From contig JAZDJR010000029.1 in assembly GCA_043803815.1 (NCBI GenBank), positions 1-64,000 of the forward strand: DNA of 64,000 bases, in the 5' to 3' direction. Each line of letters begins with the position of its first letter. Position 1 is the stretch's first letter. Positions 19,884 through 30,214 of this stretch are shown piece after piece. The stretch is from Candidatus Micrarchaeota archaeon. Lineage in GTDB: Archaea; Iainarchaeota; Iainarchaeia; Iainarchaeales; JAGVWC01. The position numbers and the translations under genes were made by a program. The notes under the pieces were generated by a model. That model was not told where the DNA came from. It worked only from the letters and a program-made list of their open reading frames with translations, and ran no database searches.

Positions 19884-20002
19884 CTTTATTTTTCCACTAG
19901 TGCTGGTGAGCTGGCTGATTAAATTAGGAAAGCTTTGAAAAAATAAAAAAAGGGGAAACCGTTTTTTGGTTTCCCCCCTCCTTTTTTTTGTTGGAGTTTT
20001 TT

Positions 20003-21169
20003 TTAGGAGGATTGGTTTTCTATATACAGCGAATCTATGAGAGTCAAGGGCTGCGAAGCCGAAGAGGAGGTTTCGAGCTCCGCTTGGGTTACCGTTCCCT
20101 CGACCGTGCTGGTTGGAGTGAACCAGTTTAGGATGGGTGTCTTGTTGGGAACCTGGTATTTCACGGTGTAACCCACGCTTCCGTCCGCGTTCACCTTGGG
20201 ATTGATTTCAAGTTCGTTTCCAAGATTGGACTTGGTGGCCCAGTCGATTCCCTGGTTTTTTACCATCTTATTGAAAACCGCGTCCCGGATTTTTTCCACG
20301 GGAACGAATGATTTTTCCTGGGTACTCGTGTTTTTGACCATGGGCAATCCATTTTCAACCCCGATTTCGGTGTTGGTTGTGAATGGCTGGACCATGATTC
20401 TGGCCTGGTTCGTGACCACGGTGTCCGCTGAAACCGATTGGATGGCAATATTGCTTCCGCCGGTTACGGTTGGAGGGATTACTCCTGGGTTGCTCGGGGT
20501 TGTTGAAATACCTTGGCTTGAGGTCGTTGGAATTGGCATTGGAAGCGCTTGGGGCGTTAATGCCAAGAGTTTTTCAAGGCGGCTAACCCGGTTTTCCAGA
20601 AAATTGGTTCGCTGTTCCAAATAATCTAGGCGCTCCACGAGTTTCGTGACGAGCTGCCTTAACCCCTCGCTATCGAGGTTCATGTTGCTGGGAATTTTTC
20701 GGAGAACCGCGGCTGTAGAGGTCGTGGATTGGACCTGTTCGGTTGTTGCGGAATTTCCGGCCTGGCATTCGTTGTATACTTTGATGGATGCCAGGTGATT
20801 GCCTCCGCATTCCTTGCTTCCGGTTGGGTTTTGCGCGCAGAAATTGCTGCAGGCTTCTTCGCCGTACTGTTTCCACAATTTCGTGGGCTTGCACGAGGAT
20901 TCACTGCCGTCTTTTATAGCATCGCCGCTAGCGCAAATGTAATAGGCATAGCGGAAATTGCCGGGCAGGATTTGTTCGGTACCGGCGCCGTCGGTTTGCC
21001 CGCTTCCCGTTGCAATGGGGACGGCTATTCCGCCTCCCCCGCCTTGGGCGGTTTCGGGTGCATTATTGCCGGCCGCGCTGTTTGCGTTAGGACTGTCGGC
21101 AAAGGCAGCGATTCCAAGAGCTACCAGGCAAACAAGGATTGCCAGTGCTCCAAAAAGGTTTTTTTTCAT
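20003..21169 (-). CDS. Secreted hypothetical protein with Cys domain and coiled coil
   Basis: GGAGGTGA SD, signal peptide. Confidence 0.8.
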   Translation of the reverse strand: MKKNLFGALAILVCLVALGIAAFADSPNANSAAGNNAPETAQGGGGGIAVPIATGSGQTDGAGTEQILPGNFRYAYYICASGDAIKDGSESSCKPTKLWKQYGEEACSNFCAQNPTGSKECGGNHLASIKVYNECQAGNSATTEQVQSTTSTAAVLRKIPSNMNLDSEGLRQLVTKLVERLDYLEQRTNFLENRVSRLEKLLALTPQALPMPIPTTSSQGISTTPSNPGVIPPTVTGGSNIAIQSVSADTVVTNQARIMVQPFTTNTEIGVENGLPMVKNTSTQEKSFVPVEKIRDAVFNKMVKNQGIDWATKSNLGNELEINPKVNADGSVGYTVKYQVPNKTPILNWFTPTSTVEGTVTQAELETSSSASQPLTLIDSLYIENQSS

Positions 21170-21275
21170 AGGCGGTTCACCTCCAAGTGAACAAAAGAAT
21201 TTGTTAGGGATTGCGTTGGAACGCTTTAAAAGGATTGGCTGGAACCAAATGAAACCAAACGAAAAAGAAGCCGAT

Positions 21276-22148
21276 TCACTTGTTCTTGAACCATTCCGTC
21301 AAAAAAACCTTGTTGGAATAGCCGTCCTGCACCAGGCGGAGCAATTGCTTTTGCTCCAGGTTTTTTAGGGTGCGCGACAAGGTGGCCTTGCTGTAACCTG
21401 TTTTCTGGTTCAATTGCTTTTGGGTCAAGCCGTCGGTTTCCAGCACAAGTTCCATTATTTTTTTTTCCTTTTCGCACAAGGTGCGGCAAATTTCGGTCTT
21501 GGCGTCCGAAACCGGTGTTGCTGAAGCCTGAACTTGGACGGTTTTTGGCGGAATTTTTTTCGCGCGCATCCAAAAAAAGCCCGCTGCCAAAACAAGTACA
21601 ATGGCTACAGCTAAAAGCCAGGAAAAGTCAATCGCGGGTTTTTGAGGCAAAAGTTCGTATTCCAAAAGGACATGGCGGCTGGATAATGCGAATTGGTCCC
21701 ATTCCGCCAAAAGGCCCTGGTTTTGGAGAGAAACATTGGCCAACGGTTCAAAACGCGTTATTTTGGATTCTCGCGGCAATGCGACTTCGATTCTGGAAAC
21801 AGTCGGAGAAATATTGGATAGGTCCAGTGTCCATTTTTCGCGGTTTTTTCCGGTCAAAGAAGGGGATAAATATCGAAGAAGAATTTCGGACGCGTTGTTT
21901 GGGTTTGCAATCGAAACCTCCTCGCCGTTTGTTTCAAACAAAATCGCCTGGCCGTCGGCCAGAATCGAAATTTCCGCGGCCTTGGAATCCAAAAGCGTTA
22001 CGCGGATTTCTTCACCGCTTTGCGGCAGAATTTGGTGTTCCACCTGCGCAAAACCTGCGGAACTAATTTGGATATGAATTTCCTGTGAAAAAGCCAAGGC
22101 GTTTGCCGCCAAAAAAAGAACCCCAAACGCAAAAAAGGCTTTTTTCAT
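21276..22148 (-). CDS. Membrane-anchored protein with C-terminal winged HTH
   Basis: Signal peptide, TM helix, LTQKQL..GYSKATLSRTLKNLE. Confidence 0.8.
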   Translation of the reverse strand: MKKAFFAFGVLFLAANALAFSQEIHIQISSAGFAQVEHQILPQSGEEIRVTLLDSKAAEISILADGQAILFETNGEEVSIANPNNASEILLRYLSPSLTGKNREKWTLDLSNISPTVSRIEVALPRESKITRFEPLANVSLQNQGLLAEWDQFALSSRHVLLEYELLPQKPAIDFSWLLAVAIVLVLAAGFFWMRAKKIPPKTVQVQASATPVSDAKTEICRTLCEKEKKIMELVLETDGLTQKQLNQKTGYSKATLSRTLKNLEQKQLLRLVQDGYSNKVFLTEWFKNK

Positions 22149-22316
22149 GGTAGCAAAGTGGTTGCTTTTTCTTAAAAGCGTTGGCATTTGCAAAGGCTCT
22201 CGCTTGGCTGCCCAAGGCCAAAGAAAATATTTTTTCTTCGTGTTGCGGATTTCGGAAAAATCGCCTTTGGCCAATCGCCTGGGTTTCGGGGTTCAAGAGT
22301 TGGACATTTAATTTTT

Positions 22317-23030
22317 TCAGCGGTTTCTCGGAGCCATGCGATTGATTCTTCGGGTTTTTTTTGGGGCGACACGGATTTGAGAATTGGCAAATGCCCGGAG
22401 CCGTTTCCACGCATTCAACACGGCCAAAGACGGAACTTTTTTGTAGACATCGGGAAAAGAAACCAGCGGCATTTTTCGAAACGCATGCAAAGCGGGCCGA
22501 AACCGTGGCGAAAGGCGATTTTTTCCAATGGTTTTTTTTTCAAGCGATTTTAAGAATTCTTCCTGCTTAAGCGACTCCGGAAACGGCAAAGCCGCGCTTT
22601 TTTGGTGCTGATTTCCGCTTTGCATTCTTCGAATCGCGTCCTCCAAAAAAAATCCTTTTTCCCGAATCAAATAGCCCGCAAGCATGGCTCCGACTCTGCC
22701 GTTCCCGTTGGTGCAATGCACCAAAACCCGCTGATTTTTTTGTTCCAATCGATTTAAAATCCCGCAAAAAAGCTCGAATTCTTTTTTAGTCGGAACCCCG
22801 TGGTCGGCCACGGGAATTTGAAACCAGGCAAGCCCGTTTTTTTTCATTTCATTGCGGAACCCGCGGGCGCCAATGTCGACGTTTTCCAATTCGTCGTCGG
22901 TCAAAAGCGTAATCACCGTTGAAATTTTGCGTTTTTTGATTTCGCGGATTTGTTCCGGAAAAAAAGGAATCGCGGAAGCGGCCACCAGGTTTCCCAGTTC
23001 GGGAATGAGCCTAAAATTGTTCAGTTCCAT
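22317..23030 (-). CDS. Dual-specificity/tyrosine phosphatase
   Basis: VHCTNGNGR (CX5R) and PVADHGVP acid loop. Confidence 0.88.
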   Translation of the reverse strand: MELNNFRLIPELGNLVAASAIPFFPEQIREIKKRKISTVITLLTDDELENVDIGARGFRNEMKKNGLAWFQIPVADHGVPTKKEFELFCGILNRLEQKNQRVLVHCTNGNGRVGAMLAGYLIREKGFFLEDAIRRMQSGNQHQKSAALPFPESLKQEEFLKSLEKKTIGKNRLSPRFRPALHAFRKMPLVSFPDVYKKVPSLAVLNAWKRLRAFANSQIRVAPKKTRRINRMAPRNR

Positions 23031-23139
23031 ACTCTACTTTTAGGCCAAAAGGTAAAAAAATGGTTGGCTGGCCCGGCGGGTTTGGTTTTCGAACTCCGAA
23101 TTCTTAAAAGCCGCCGAACCGTTTTGATGATTGATGACT

Positions 23140-23364
23140 ATGCAAGAACCCCTGTTAAAAGACTCGTTAAAAGAAATGGTGAACCGCCAAAACGACGTTA
23201 ACCACTCGATGCGGCGCGTCGCGTTCCAGCTCGACCAGTTCCACATTCTGATGGAACACGCGCACAAGCACCTCGCGGTTCGCGGAGAAGGCGCGGAAAT
23301 CCGAATCAAAGGAAGAACCTTCAAACGCCAGCAAAACAGCGTTCACCGCGTCAAAAACAACTGA
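23140..23364 (+). CDS. Small hypothetical protein
   Basis: ORF filling gap with host-like codon usage. Confidence 0.5.
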   Translation: MQEPLLKDSLKEMVNRQNDVNHSMRRVAFQLDQFHILMEHAHKHLAVRGEGAEIRIKGRTFKRQQNSVHRVKNN

Positions 23365-23375
23365 TTTTCCTTATT

Positions 23376-24029
23376 TTATTTTCTTTTCCGCAATTTCGTA
23401 ACACTTTTGGCGACTAATCTGGCCTTTCTTTTCAAAAAATTCGGATTGAAAAGCTCGAGCGGAATCCGGCTTTGGCCAAGCTTTCTTTTCCGACCCGCCA
23501 ACTGCATTCCAATCGTGCGAACCAGCCCGGCTTTTTTAAAAGCGTCGATGACTTTTTGCTCGTTGTTTTTGAATTCCTGATGCCGCGACTGAACGGCTTC
23601 TTTTGTTTCCGGCCTTCCCTCGCGCTGTTTTTGCCTTCTATCCGCAACCCAAATCGGAATTTTAAATTCCAATAATCCGCCAACCCGAAAGCCCCGTGCA
23701 TCGACAAATTGCCGAAATTTTTCCAAGTCCTCCTTTTTTCTTGGAAAACCGTCGATAATAAAGCCGTTTTGGAAACGCTGCGGATTTTCGGCAATGGCTT
23801 TTTCCATGAACTGAAAACTATACTCGGCGGGAAAATAAACTCCCTTGGCCATCCAGTTGGAAACCACGTTTTCGGCAACCGGGTCTTTTTTTTTGGCTTG
23901 TTCGCGGATGTATTGCCCAAGTTCAATGACCGGCAAACCCGTCAATTTGCTGACCAAAGGACCGGTTTCGGTTTTGCCGGCTCCGCCGCGACCTAAAAAA
24001 ACAAAAACAGGCGGCTTTTTAGGATTCAT
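23376..24029 (-). CDS. Adenylate/nucleoside monophosphate kinase
   Basis: GRGGAGK P-loop, FIIDGFPR. Confidence 0.88.
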   Translation of the reverse strand: MNPKKPPVFVFLGRGGAGKTETGPLVSKLTGLPVIELGQYIREQAKKKDPVAENVVSNWMAKGVYFPAEYSFQFMEKAIAENPQRFQNGFIIDGFPRKKEDLEKFRQFVDARGFRVGGLLEFKIPIWVADRRQKQREGRPETKEAVQSRHQEFKNNEQKVIDAFKKAGLVRTIGMQLAGRKRKLGQSRIPLELFNPNFLKRKARLVAKSVTKLRKRK

Positions 24030-24113
24030 ACTCAAATCTTGTTTCAACAAAACTTAAAACAATAGGCCGTTTGCTTTGCATCGGCCAAAAACCGCAAATG
24101 CGGCCTATTTTCG

Positions 24114-24674
24114 TTAAATCCTTTTGAACGTTGTTTTGGGCAATGTTTTTTTGAGGCTGGTTTGAAACTTTTTGAGCACTGCGGAAGAGCCCTGCACAAT
24201 CATCATGTTTGAAAACGGGTCCATAATGTCAATCAGCAATCGCTTGGACGAAAACTGGATATTGCAGAAAAAAACGTCAAACAGCAGGTTATAATCCTCC
24301 AAAACCGCGGAAACGTTTTTGGAATTAACCGTTCCATGAGCCGAGGTCTTTTGCTTTTTGTCATACGCCGAAGAATACGATTTTAATCCGTGGCTCTTGC
24401 AAAACTGCCGAAAAATCGAATCCAAGACTTTTGGCGCAACGCTCAAATTGGAATACACCAGATTCAGCGGCTCTAACCGCTCCAGCACAACAGCCATGCG
24501 AAACTCGCCGGTCTTTTCCAGAACCGGTTTAAAATCCTGCAGCAAAAAATCGTACAACTGCGGCGTCGCATCCTTGGAAACCCCGAAATTAACCGCCAAA
24601 AAAGATTTTTCGGATTTTGGCGCAGCTTTTGGTTTTAAGCGTTTTATTCGGCGTTTTGTCCCCTTGTTTTTCAT
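24114..24674 (-). CDS. Hypothetical protein
   Basis: 186-aa ORF. Confidence 0.65.
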   Translation of the reverse strand: MKNKGTKRRIKRLKPKAAPKSEKSFLAVNFGVSKDATPQLYDFLLQDFKPVLEKTGEFRMAVVLERLEPLNLVYSNLSVAPKVLDSIFRQFCKSHGLKSYSSAYDKKQKTSAHGTVNSKNVSAVLEDYNLLFDVFFCNIQFSSKRLLIDIMDPFSNMMIVQGSSAVLKKFQTSLKKTLPKTTFKRI

Positions 24675-24707
24675 ACGAAAGTATTTATTTTACGACTTAA
24701 TATTAGT

Positions 24708-25472
24708 TTGGGTAAAACTTTGGCAAACGAAAAACCGGCAAATGAAAAGCCGGCAAAAGATTCCACGCACTTATTCTTGGCCGCGGTACTGGGCCTTGCC
24801 GGACTCGGGCTGATAGTCTCTTTTTTACTCTGGCAAAACGATTATGGCTGGGGACTTTTTCCCGGACTCGCCTTAGTTATCGGCGCCGCCGTTCTTTGGT
24901 TCCAAACCCAAAAACCCGCACTTGACGGATTATTATCCGAACGCCGAAAACTATTATCCCAAATCGAAGAAGCCGAAAAACGCTTTTTGAACCGCCAATT
25001 AACCGACGACTCGTTCCAAAAATTCAAGGCCCAAAAACAAAAAGAACTCGTTGAAACCGAATCCAAAATCGCGGTTTTGACCAAACCCCAAGCCGAACCG
25101 TCTTCCGCTGACACCGCGGACGTCGCAAGCCGCGACAAGCACAAACTCAAGGAACTATTGGAAAAAAAACAGTTAATCAACCAGACTTTTGCGATTGCCG
25201 AGCAAAAATACTTAAAACGCGAACTATCCGAAGCGGAATTTTCAGAACTGCAGGAAAAAACCAACACCGACCTGCTCGAAACCGATTCCGAAATCAAGGC
25301 ACTGACCCAAAACCCGCAAATCAAGCACGTGCAAGCCGAGCTTGAACGCGAATTAAAGCGCGCCAAATTCGAAAAACACGCCAAGCGAAAACGCCGCGTA
25401 TGGGCCGAAGGCGAAGTTCAGGACACGGACGAAATCGCCGAAGAACTATTCGACCAAAAAGCGGAAGATTAA
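24708..25472 (+). CDS. Two-TM coiled-coil protein
   Basis: Two hydrophobic helices, then duplicated helical repeat. Confidence 0.75.
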   Translation: MGKTLANEKPANEKPAKDSTHLFLAAVLGLAGLGLIVSFLLWQNDYGWGLFPGLALVIGAAVLWFQTQKPALDGLLSERRKLLSQIEEAEKRFLNRQLTDDSFQKFKAQKQKELVETESKIAVLTKPQAEPSSADTADVASRDKHKLKELLEKKQLINQTFAIAEQKYLKRELSEAEFSELQEKTNTDLLETDSEIKALTQNPQIKHVQAELERELKRAKFEKHAKRKRRVWAEGEVQDTDEIAEELFDQKAED

Positions 25473-25609
25473 GCCGCTTGCGATCGCAACAAAAACCGCT
25501 GTTTTTGTGCGCATAAAATTCGCGGATTTTATTGCGGCTGCCCCGCGGACTTTGGGATTTCGCTTTTTCGAACCATTCGTCTCGTCGGCCTGCGGCGCTG
25601 ATTCTCGAT

Positions 25610-26107
25610 TTACTTTTGCAGCGCGGTTGCGGTGAACGTCTTGATTTGTTCGAGTTGCGGAGCCGTAATATTGAGCAGGTAGGGCAGGACCAGGGTGTCT
25701 ACGATGGTGACGTTGCGGGTTTGGAGCACGCTTTCCATTTTTTTGGCAACCGTTCCGGCAACGCCGAACGCGGGCAAAAACAAGGCGGCTTTTTTTCCTT
25801 CGATTCCTTTGCATTCGCGCAGATACGTCAGCATTTCGTCCGGGATTTTGCGCTTTGGCGACATTCCTTCAATCGTCGAGCCGAAAAAAACAAAGTCGAA
25901 TCCCGACAAGTCGGTTTTGGTGGAAACCAGGGAAATTTTTTCCTGCGGATTCAAGTCCAAAAAACCTTTTTTTTGCTTTTCTTTGAGCGCTTTAATCGAA
26001 ATAAGCTCTTTTTCGCTTGGCAAAGACGGAATCGCGGAAAAAAGCGTATTGGCCGCCAAAACCGTGTTTTTTTTGCTTCGGGAAAAAAAGACTACTGCAA
26101 TTTGCAT
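25610..26107 (-). CDS. Flavodoxin-like protein
   Basis: VFFSRSKKNT, FDFVFFGS, GKKAALF. Confidence 0.75.
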   Translation of the reverse strand: MQIAVVFFSRSKKNTVLAANTLFSAIPSLPSEKELISIKALKEKQKKGFLDLNPQEKISLVSTKTDLSGFDFVFFGSTIEGMSPKRKIPDEMLTYLRECKGIEGKKAALFLPAFGVAGTVAKKMESVLQTRNVTIVDTLVLPYLLNITAPQLEQIKTFTATALQK

Positions 26108-26241
26108 AATATTATCGAATATTTCAAGGGGGTTGAATGGCTAAAAATGTTTCGATTACCGGTTAACGCTAAAAAGCCGTGTTTAAAAATTACAATACAA
26201 AAAATACCGTAAACTTGAAAAAAAATCAAAAATAGGGCGGT

Positions 26242-26559
26242 TTAGCGGCTGAAAGTTACAAAACCGTCTTTTTGAAACGATTCTTTGGGCAAGCCGCGGA
26301 CGGTTAAGCCGACGAGCATGCCTTTTTTGGCAATGCGGTTGCCCAGTTTGGATTCGAGTTCCACGATTTGAATCGAACGACCGTTAATCGAGCCTTTCAT
26401 ATCGCTGGAAACCACGCCTGAAACGATTTCGGCAACCAAATAAACATCGGACAAGCCCAAAAACTGGCAGGATTTTTTGATTTTAACCCTGTTTTCTTCG
26501 TTCGGAATCTCCTGAATTAGGTCCTGCGGAGCCACAATTGGAACTTCAGATTCAGCCAT
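26242..26559 (-). CDS. Small beta-barrel (EF-Tu domain II-like) protein
   Basis: VAEIVSG..IVELES..AKKGMLVGL pattern. Confidence 0.55.
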   Translation of the reverse strand: MAESEVPIVAPQDLIQEIPNEENRVKIKKSCQFLGLSDVYLVAEIVSGVVSSDMKGSINGRSIQIVELESKLGNRIAKKGMLVGLTVRGLPKESFQKDGFVTFSR

Positions 26560-27177
26560 AAAACTGCTTTTTTGACTGGTATGGCCTCCAAAAGTCAATG
26601 TTATCAAACTCATTTCTTCACCATTTTTCATTTTTTTAATGCAACTATCAAATAAATACTGTTGCTTTTTTACTTATTGGTTAAGAAAAACAAACCAAAA
26701 AGAATGAAAAAAAACAAAAACCAAACCTTTTGGTGGTTTTTTCGAACCGGTTTGGGGTTTTTTTACCATAATTTTTGACTTGGAACTTAACTCTATTAAA
26801 AACACCAAGGTAATATTTAAACCTATCGCCGTAGTTTGGGGTTTGTTCGTAAAAAAACCCCTTGCCCTGCCTTCAAACTCCTTTTCTCTTGTTCACCGCC
26901 TTTGAAGGTTAAGACGGCTTAATTTTTGGCAGTTGTTTTGGTCCAAAACCGTTTAATCCGCTAAAAATTGGGCTTTGGAAGGAATTAACACTGTTTTTTC
27001 CAAAACCGGCTTGTTTTTGGAGTGGGAATTGCTCCCGCCGAAAAGGTTTCCTTTTTGGAAAAACCCAAACTTTTGGGCAATTAAGCCGGTTTTAGTTCTG
27101 TTAAGTTATGTAGTAGTTCAGGCGGATTGGATTGATGACAACCTAAAAAACAAATACTATGAGCTGAAAAGAAAAGG

Positions 27178-27300
27178 ATTGTAGGCGGGCGAATTCCCCC
27201 AAATAGTTCGAATCAGTTCCCTGTTTTTGGCTGGCGTTTTCTGCTGAAAAAGTATTACGCATAAAGTGGTATAAAGCGATTTCGATGGGGTTCCTTAAAC
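27178..27300. repeat. Diverged att core plus ~105-bp arm
   Basis: Aligns along its length with 29402-29523 (ATTGTAGGCGGGCGAATT..GAATCAGTT..TTCTGCTGAAA..GCATAAAGT.GTATAAAGCG). Confidence 0.85.
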
Positions 27301-27306
27301 GGGCTA

Positions 27307-28335
27307 TTAAACCGTCAAATATTTCATTAACTGACGGTTGGATGCCAGCTGTACTAAACCCTTCGAAAGAAGCTGTTGGGTTTCTTCCTCGCTCAATCCA
27401 ATGGAATGGGCAATATTGGCAACCGAGTTTTCTTCTAAAATGCGCTCCGATAAAACCCGTCGAATCAACGGGTTTTCCAATTGGGAAATAGCCCTCTTGG
27501 TTAGTTCGATTCGTTCCTTTTCCAGCACATAACCAGCAGGATCCGCGCGGGTAGTGGAAAGGTCAAATTTTTCTCCGGTTCTCTTGCGTGAATCTACGTC
27601 TCGATGCAGACCGCGGTTCCCAAATTCCCGAATCAGGCCCGAATAGATTTTTTCCCAATACCTTCTATTTGCCTCGGAGATTTTTCTTCTGGTTGCAGCA
27701 GATTGTCGTCGTTTTCTTCCGGCAGCCGCTATTTTGGCACGTGTCGCGTCCGAAAGCGTTTTGCCTGTTAGTGTAGCCGATATCTTGTCAATCGTCGATT
27801 GGGGCAATTTTCGCCCTCGCTGCCAAGCCCCCATCTTGGCTCGCGTTTCTGCACTCTTCTTTTTCCCCTTTCGAGCCAAAGACCACCTCCGTTTGGTCTC
27901 TTCGGAACGGAGTTTGCCTTTATTGCTTTCTCCAATCTTTCGTCTGGTTTCTGCGGAAAGCGGTTTGCCTTTTTTGCCGGCCCCGATTTTTCGTCTGGTT
28001 TCCGCTGAAACACTCTTTCCCGTTGCCGATTGGCTCATCCGCGCACGAACCCCTCCGGTTTTGGCCAACCATACGGCATATGCGAGTTTGACTTGTTCGG
28101 GTTCTTTGCCTTCAAAAAGATTTTGAAAACCCGGTTTAAGCCCCGTCGGCCGACCAAATAGATACCGTTCCATTTCCTGCCGAGTTGAAATGCGAAATTG
28201 CGACCCGTATTTTTCCAAAAAATAATCCAAAACCTGCTGCCGGGTGGCCCCTCTTCGGAACAATGCCGCTGCCCGACCAACAGACCACTTGCCGAACCGT
28301 AATTGACGCCTTGCCATACCCATACACTGGTTCAC
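27307..28335 (-). CDS. NUMOD3-repeat DNA-binding protein with C-terminal sigma-70 region 4-like HTH
   Basis: About seven GKxxSAETRRKI repeats; SVANIAHSIGLSEEETQQLLSKG. Confidence 0.75.
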   Translation of the reverse strand: MNQCMGMARRQLRFGKWSVGRAAALFRRGATRQQVLDYFLEKYGSQFRISTRQEMERYLFGRPTGLKPGFQNLFEGKEPEQVKLAYAVWLAKTGGVRARMSQSATGKSVSAETRRKIGAGKKGKPLSAETRRKIGESNKGKLRSEETKRRWSLARKGKKKSAETRAKMGAWQRGRKLPQSTIDKISATLTGKTLSDATRAKIAAAGRKRRQSAATRRKISEANRRYWEKIYSGLIREFGNRGLHRDVDSRKRTGEKFDLSTTRADPAGYVLEKERIELTKRAISQLENPLIRRVLSERILEENSVANIAHSIGLSEEETQQLLSKGLVQLASNRQLMKYLTV

Positions 28336-28796
28336 GAGCCTTTTTGTTTCGGTTTTTCCCCTTTTTTGATTATTTCCCGCACGCGGTCCAAAAAACCGGA
28401 TACTTGGTCGAAAATTTCGTTCAAATCCTCTTCGAGTTCGGGGGTCTCCAGCGAGTACTGGATGTCGTTTCGTTTGGAGCGCAAGGAATCCAAAATAACC
28501 GCGTGCTGCATGGTAACCAGTTCCTGCATTTGGTATTTTTCCTCGATATATTTGCAGACGCAGTAATGGCTTCGTTCCTTGATGCCGTCGCGGAACAGCA
28601 AGGCCCGTGCGGCGTGAAAAGAAGCGTTGTAAAGCGCGATAAAAGTCATGTCCTTGATGTTGGAATTGATGAGGGTTTCGGCTTCGTCCAAAAAGTGCTC
28701 GGCTTGTTTCATGCTTTGCTCGGCAAAATTCAGGTTTGGCCGGATTTTCTTGAGGAGCCCCTCTTCAAAACAGCAATCAACTTTGCTTTTCGTCAA
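28332..28796 (-). CDS. HEPN-domain toxin
   Basis: YNASFHAARALL..ERSH, RSKRNDIQY. Confidence 0.88.
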   Translation of the reverse strand: MTKSKVDCCFEEGLLKKIRPNLNFAEQSMKQAEHFLDEAETLINSNIKDMTFIALYNASFHAARALLFRDGIKERSHYCVCKYIEEKYQMQELVTMQHAVILDSLRSKRNDIQYSLETPELEEDLNEIFDQVSGFLDRVREIIKKGEKPKQKGS

Positions 28797-29347
28797 AACC
28801 CTTCACCATGCAGTATTTTTGACTTATATTCGAGTTCATTGTAAAAAATAGTATCGTTTTTTTTGAACTGTTCAATGTCTTCCTTGGTGAAAAACTTAAT
28901 GCTGACTTCGCGCCCCAGTTCATTGGTGAACTGCTGTTTAATCTTTCCCGCTTCAACCAAACCGGGCTTTTTGTCGGACAGAGCCCACAAGTCAATGTCG
29001 CTTTGTTTGTCCACGGTTCCATCGACAACGCTTCCGTAAACACCGATGGAGTCCGAAAGCTTTTGGATGATTGAAAATGTTTTTGAGTTCAGGATTTTGG
29101 TTGTGAAAACCAGGGCAATCATTTCGCGGACAAGCGGGTTTTTTTTGTTGAGCCCAATCACTTTTCGGTTCTTGTCATTTGAAACCGTCACAAGCCTGTT
29201 TTTCGAATAGGGCACAAGGAACTGCGTTACCTTGGCTGGGGAACAATTGGCTTTTTTGGCCAAGTCCCGCACGGAAGTGTTTTCCTCGATAAGCAGCTCG
29301 AACAATTGGAGATTAAACGGCCCGAGCAGTTTTGAAAGTTCAATCAT
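28793..29347 (-). CDS. HTH-MNT nucleotidyltransferase antitoxin
   Basis: YGS..G..SDIDL motif, N-terminal HTH. Confidence 0.9.
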   Translation of the reverse strand: MIELSKLLGPFNLQLFELLIEENTSVRDLAKKANCSPAKVTQFLVPYSKNRLVTVSNDKNRKVIGLNKKNPLVREMIALVFTTKILNSKTFSIIQKLSDSIGVYGSVVDGTVDKQSDIDLWALSDKKPGLVEAGKIKQQFTNELGREVSIKFFTKEDIEQFKKNDTIFYNELEYKSKILHGEGF

Positions 29348-29361
29348 GCAACAAATTAGAG

Positions 29362-29402
29362 TGTTTACAATTTATAAACATAATGTTTACAAAAAGTAAA
29401 CA
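29362..29402. promoter_or_regulatory. Tandem palindromic operators over the TA promoter
   Basis: TGTTTAC-N5-RTAAACA at 29362-29380 and 29384-29402, overlapping TTTATAAA. Confidence 0.7.
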
Positions 29403-29419
29403 TTGCAGGCGGGCAGATT
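29402..29419. repeat. att core (copy of tRNA-Leu 3' end)
   Basis: 18/18 identical to 59184-59201. Confidence 0.92.
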
Positions 29420-29557
29420 TACCCCAATAGTTTGAATCAGTTTCCGGTTTTGGTTGACTTTTTCTGCTGAAACACCATTATGCATAAAGTAGTATAAAGC
29501 GTTTTCGATGGTGTTCCCTAAAACTATTTTTGCCCGTGATCCGGTTCTCTGTTTTTT

Positions 29558-30094
29558 TTAGTGGGCAAGGATTTTTGTTTGTCCGTATTCGGTTTTTTTG
29601 GTTGGGGCGTCTGCCGCGAGTTCGTCAATGAGCTGTTTTAGTGGCAGGATTTCTTCCCTGAATTTTAGCTCTTTTTTTGTGATGGAGTGGATTAGTTTTG
29701 TTTGTTCTCCCTGACCGATTTTGATGATTATGGAGTCGGTTTTGGGGGTGTCTTCCTCAATGAGATTGGCCAGTTCTTTTTTGCTGTTTTCGACCTCTTT
29801 GCTGCGTTTTCGTTGTATGGTGTCGAGTGTTTTAAGGGGGTCTTGGGTGTAGTAAACCGTGGGTGTGGTGTTGTTGGCTTGGATTAGTTCCCAGGCCAGT
29901 AGTTCGCGTAGGACGGTGTAGGTGGTGGCTTGGTTTACGCCTGTTTCGACAATTAGGTCGCTTGCGGTTTTGGTGTCGCTGGTTAGCAAGGCGTTGTATA
30001 TTCGTGCGTGGTTGATGCCAAAGCCGGGAACGAGGTCCGTGAAAATGGCTTTTAGCTTCAAGGCGCTTTCAGGTGTCTGTATGGTTTCGAGCAT
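29558..30094 (-). CDS. TrmB-family HTH regulator
   Basis: ARIYNALL..TASDLIVETGVNQATTYTVLREL..P.VY. Confidence 0.82.
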   Translation of the reverse strand: MLETIQTPESALKLKAIFTDLVPGFGINHARIYNALLTSDTKTASDLIVETGVNQATTYTVLRELLAWELIQANNTTPTVYYTQDPLKTLDTIQRKRSKEVENSKKELANLIEEDTPKTDSIIIKIGQGEQTKLIHSITKKELKFREEILPLKQLIDELAADAPTKKTEYGQTKILAH

Positions 30095-30214
30095 ACATAT
30101 TGCCTCTCTAGGAGCCTAATATGGCTGCGGTTTAAATTTGTTCAACCTGCTGGTTGATTGGCGATTGTCGTAAAATTTGTGTATTATTAGGGTTTTCGGG
30201 CTCCAAAAAACACC

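Larger units (their letters stand above)
27178..29401. mobile_element. 2.2 kb integrase-less unit in tandem with the large element
   Basis: Begins with diverged att core and arm (27178-27300), ends at att core 29402. Confidence 0.7.

Noticed and set aside
26975-27184. 69-aa ORF ending in the diverged att core
   Set aside because: No start signals; at most a 3' gene remnant that cannot be supported.
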